Both the position numbers and the translations under genes were made by a program. Below are positions 63,756 to 64,000 of a DNA stretch of 64,000 bases, in pieces. Each line of letters begins with the position of its first letter. Position 1 is the first letter of the stretch. This DNA comes from Opitutaceae bacterium (GTDB lineage Bacteria; Verrucomicrobiota; Verrucomicrobiia; Opitutales; Opitutaceae), in contig JAYTUA010000096.1 of the NCBI GenBank assembly GCA_043745015.1, positions 3,304 to 67,303 of the forward strand, written 5' to 3'. The notes beneath the pieces were generated by a model. The model made no database searches and was not told the origin of the DNA. It worked only from the letters and a program-made list of their open reading frames with translations.

Positions 63756-64000
63756 CTAGGCGTGCCCGAGCCGGCGGTAGTCGAGGACGGAGTGGCTGAT
63801 GAAACCAGACTCGACGCACGTGAGGTCGGTGAGCGGTCCGGCCGGCGACACGTCCTCCCCCTCGGTCCAGATCAGCTGGTGGCGGCCCTGGTCATCAGCG
63901 GCAGTGAACAGGCCGGGCACGAAGAAATGCGCTGGCACGGTCCGCTTCAGCGCCGTGTCGGGCCGGCAAGGCTGGGGAAAATTCAGGTTGTGCACGGTGA
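63756..64000 (-). CDS. hypothetical protein, 5' end outside window
   Basis: Frame is open to the window edge with GC3-biased codons. Confidence 0.5.
   Translation of the reverse strand, partial: TVHNLNFPQPCRPDTALKRTVPAHFFVPGLFTAADDQGRHQLIWTEGEDVSPAGPLTDLTCVESGFISHSVLDYRRLGHA

Overview
High-GC, gene-dense chromosomal window, most likely from an Opitutaceae (Verrucomicrobiota) bacterium. The taxonomy is inferred from gene content (DUF5069, TIGR03067, an Opitutus-type TonB-receptor motif), pyrimidine-rich leaders lacking an obvious Shine-Dalgarno, and the repeat types. From left to right it holds: (1) an hflX-moeA-moaC-mogA-MOT1 transporter-moaA-moaD-moaE molybdenum-cofactor operon; (2) a panB-panC-coaBC-coaX-panD operon; (3) psd, an amidase, tRNA-Leu(TAG), an Fsr-type MFS pump and a DHOD-like flavoprotein; (4) a complex-I operon nuoABCDIHJKLMMN with no nuoEFG, two nuoM genes and a lengthened NuoL helix; (5) a lower-GC gene pair, a secreted repeat protein plus a COG4313-like beta-barrel; (6) an ECF sigma/VWA pair; (7) a sigma54-Hsp20 locus; (8) a moxR-DUF58-batABD operon; (9) rmuC and a signalling cluster. 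The best candidate for an undescribed system is in that cluster (55357-60370). A stand-alone FabF-like ketosynthase that keeps its Cys but has lost both catalytic His overlaps a 7TM-GAF histidine kinase, which in turn overlaps an ATPase-degenerate kinase paralogue. A second theme is that many families of REP-like palindromes and short tandem repeats occur nested inside each other and in-frame inside at least a dozen proteins. I found no CRISPR array, rRNA, IS element or integrase. All assignments come from motif recognition by eye; no searches were run.
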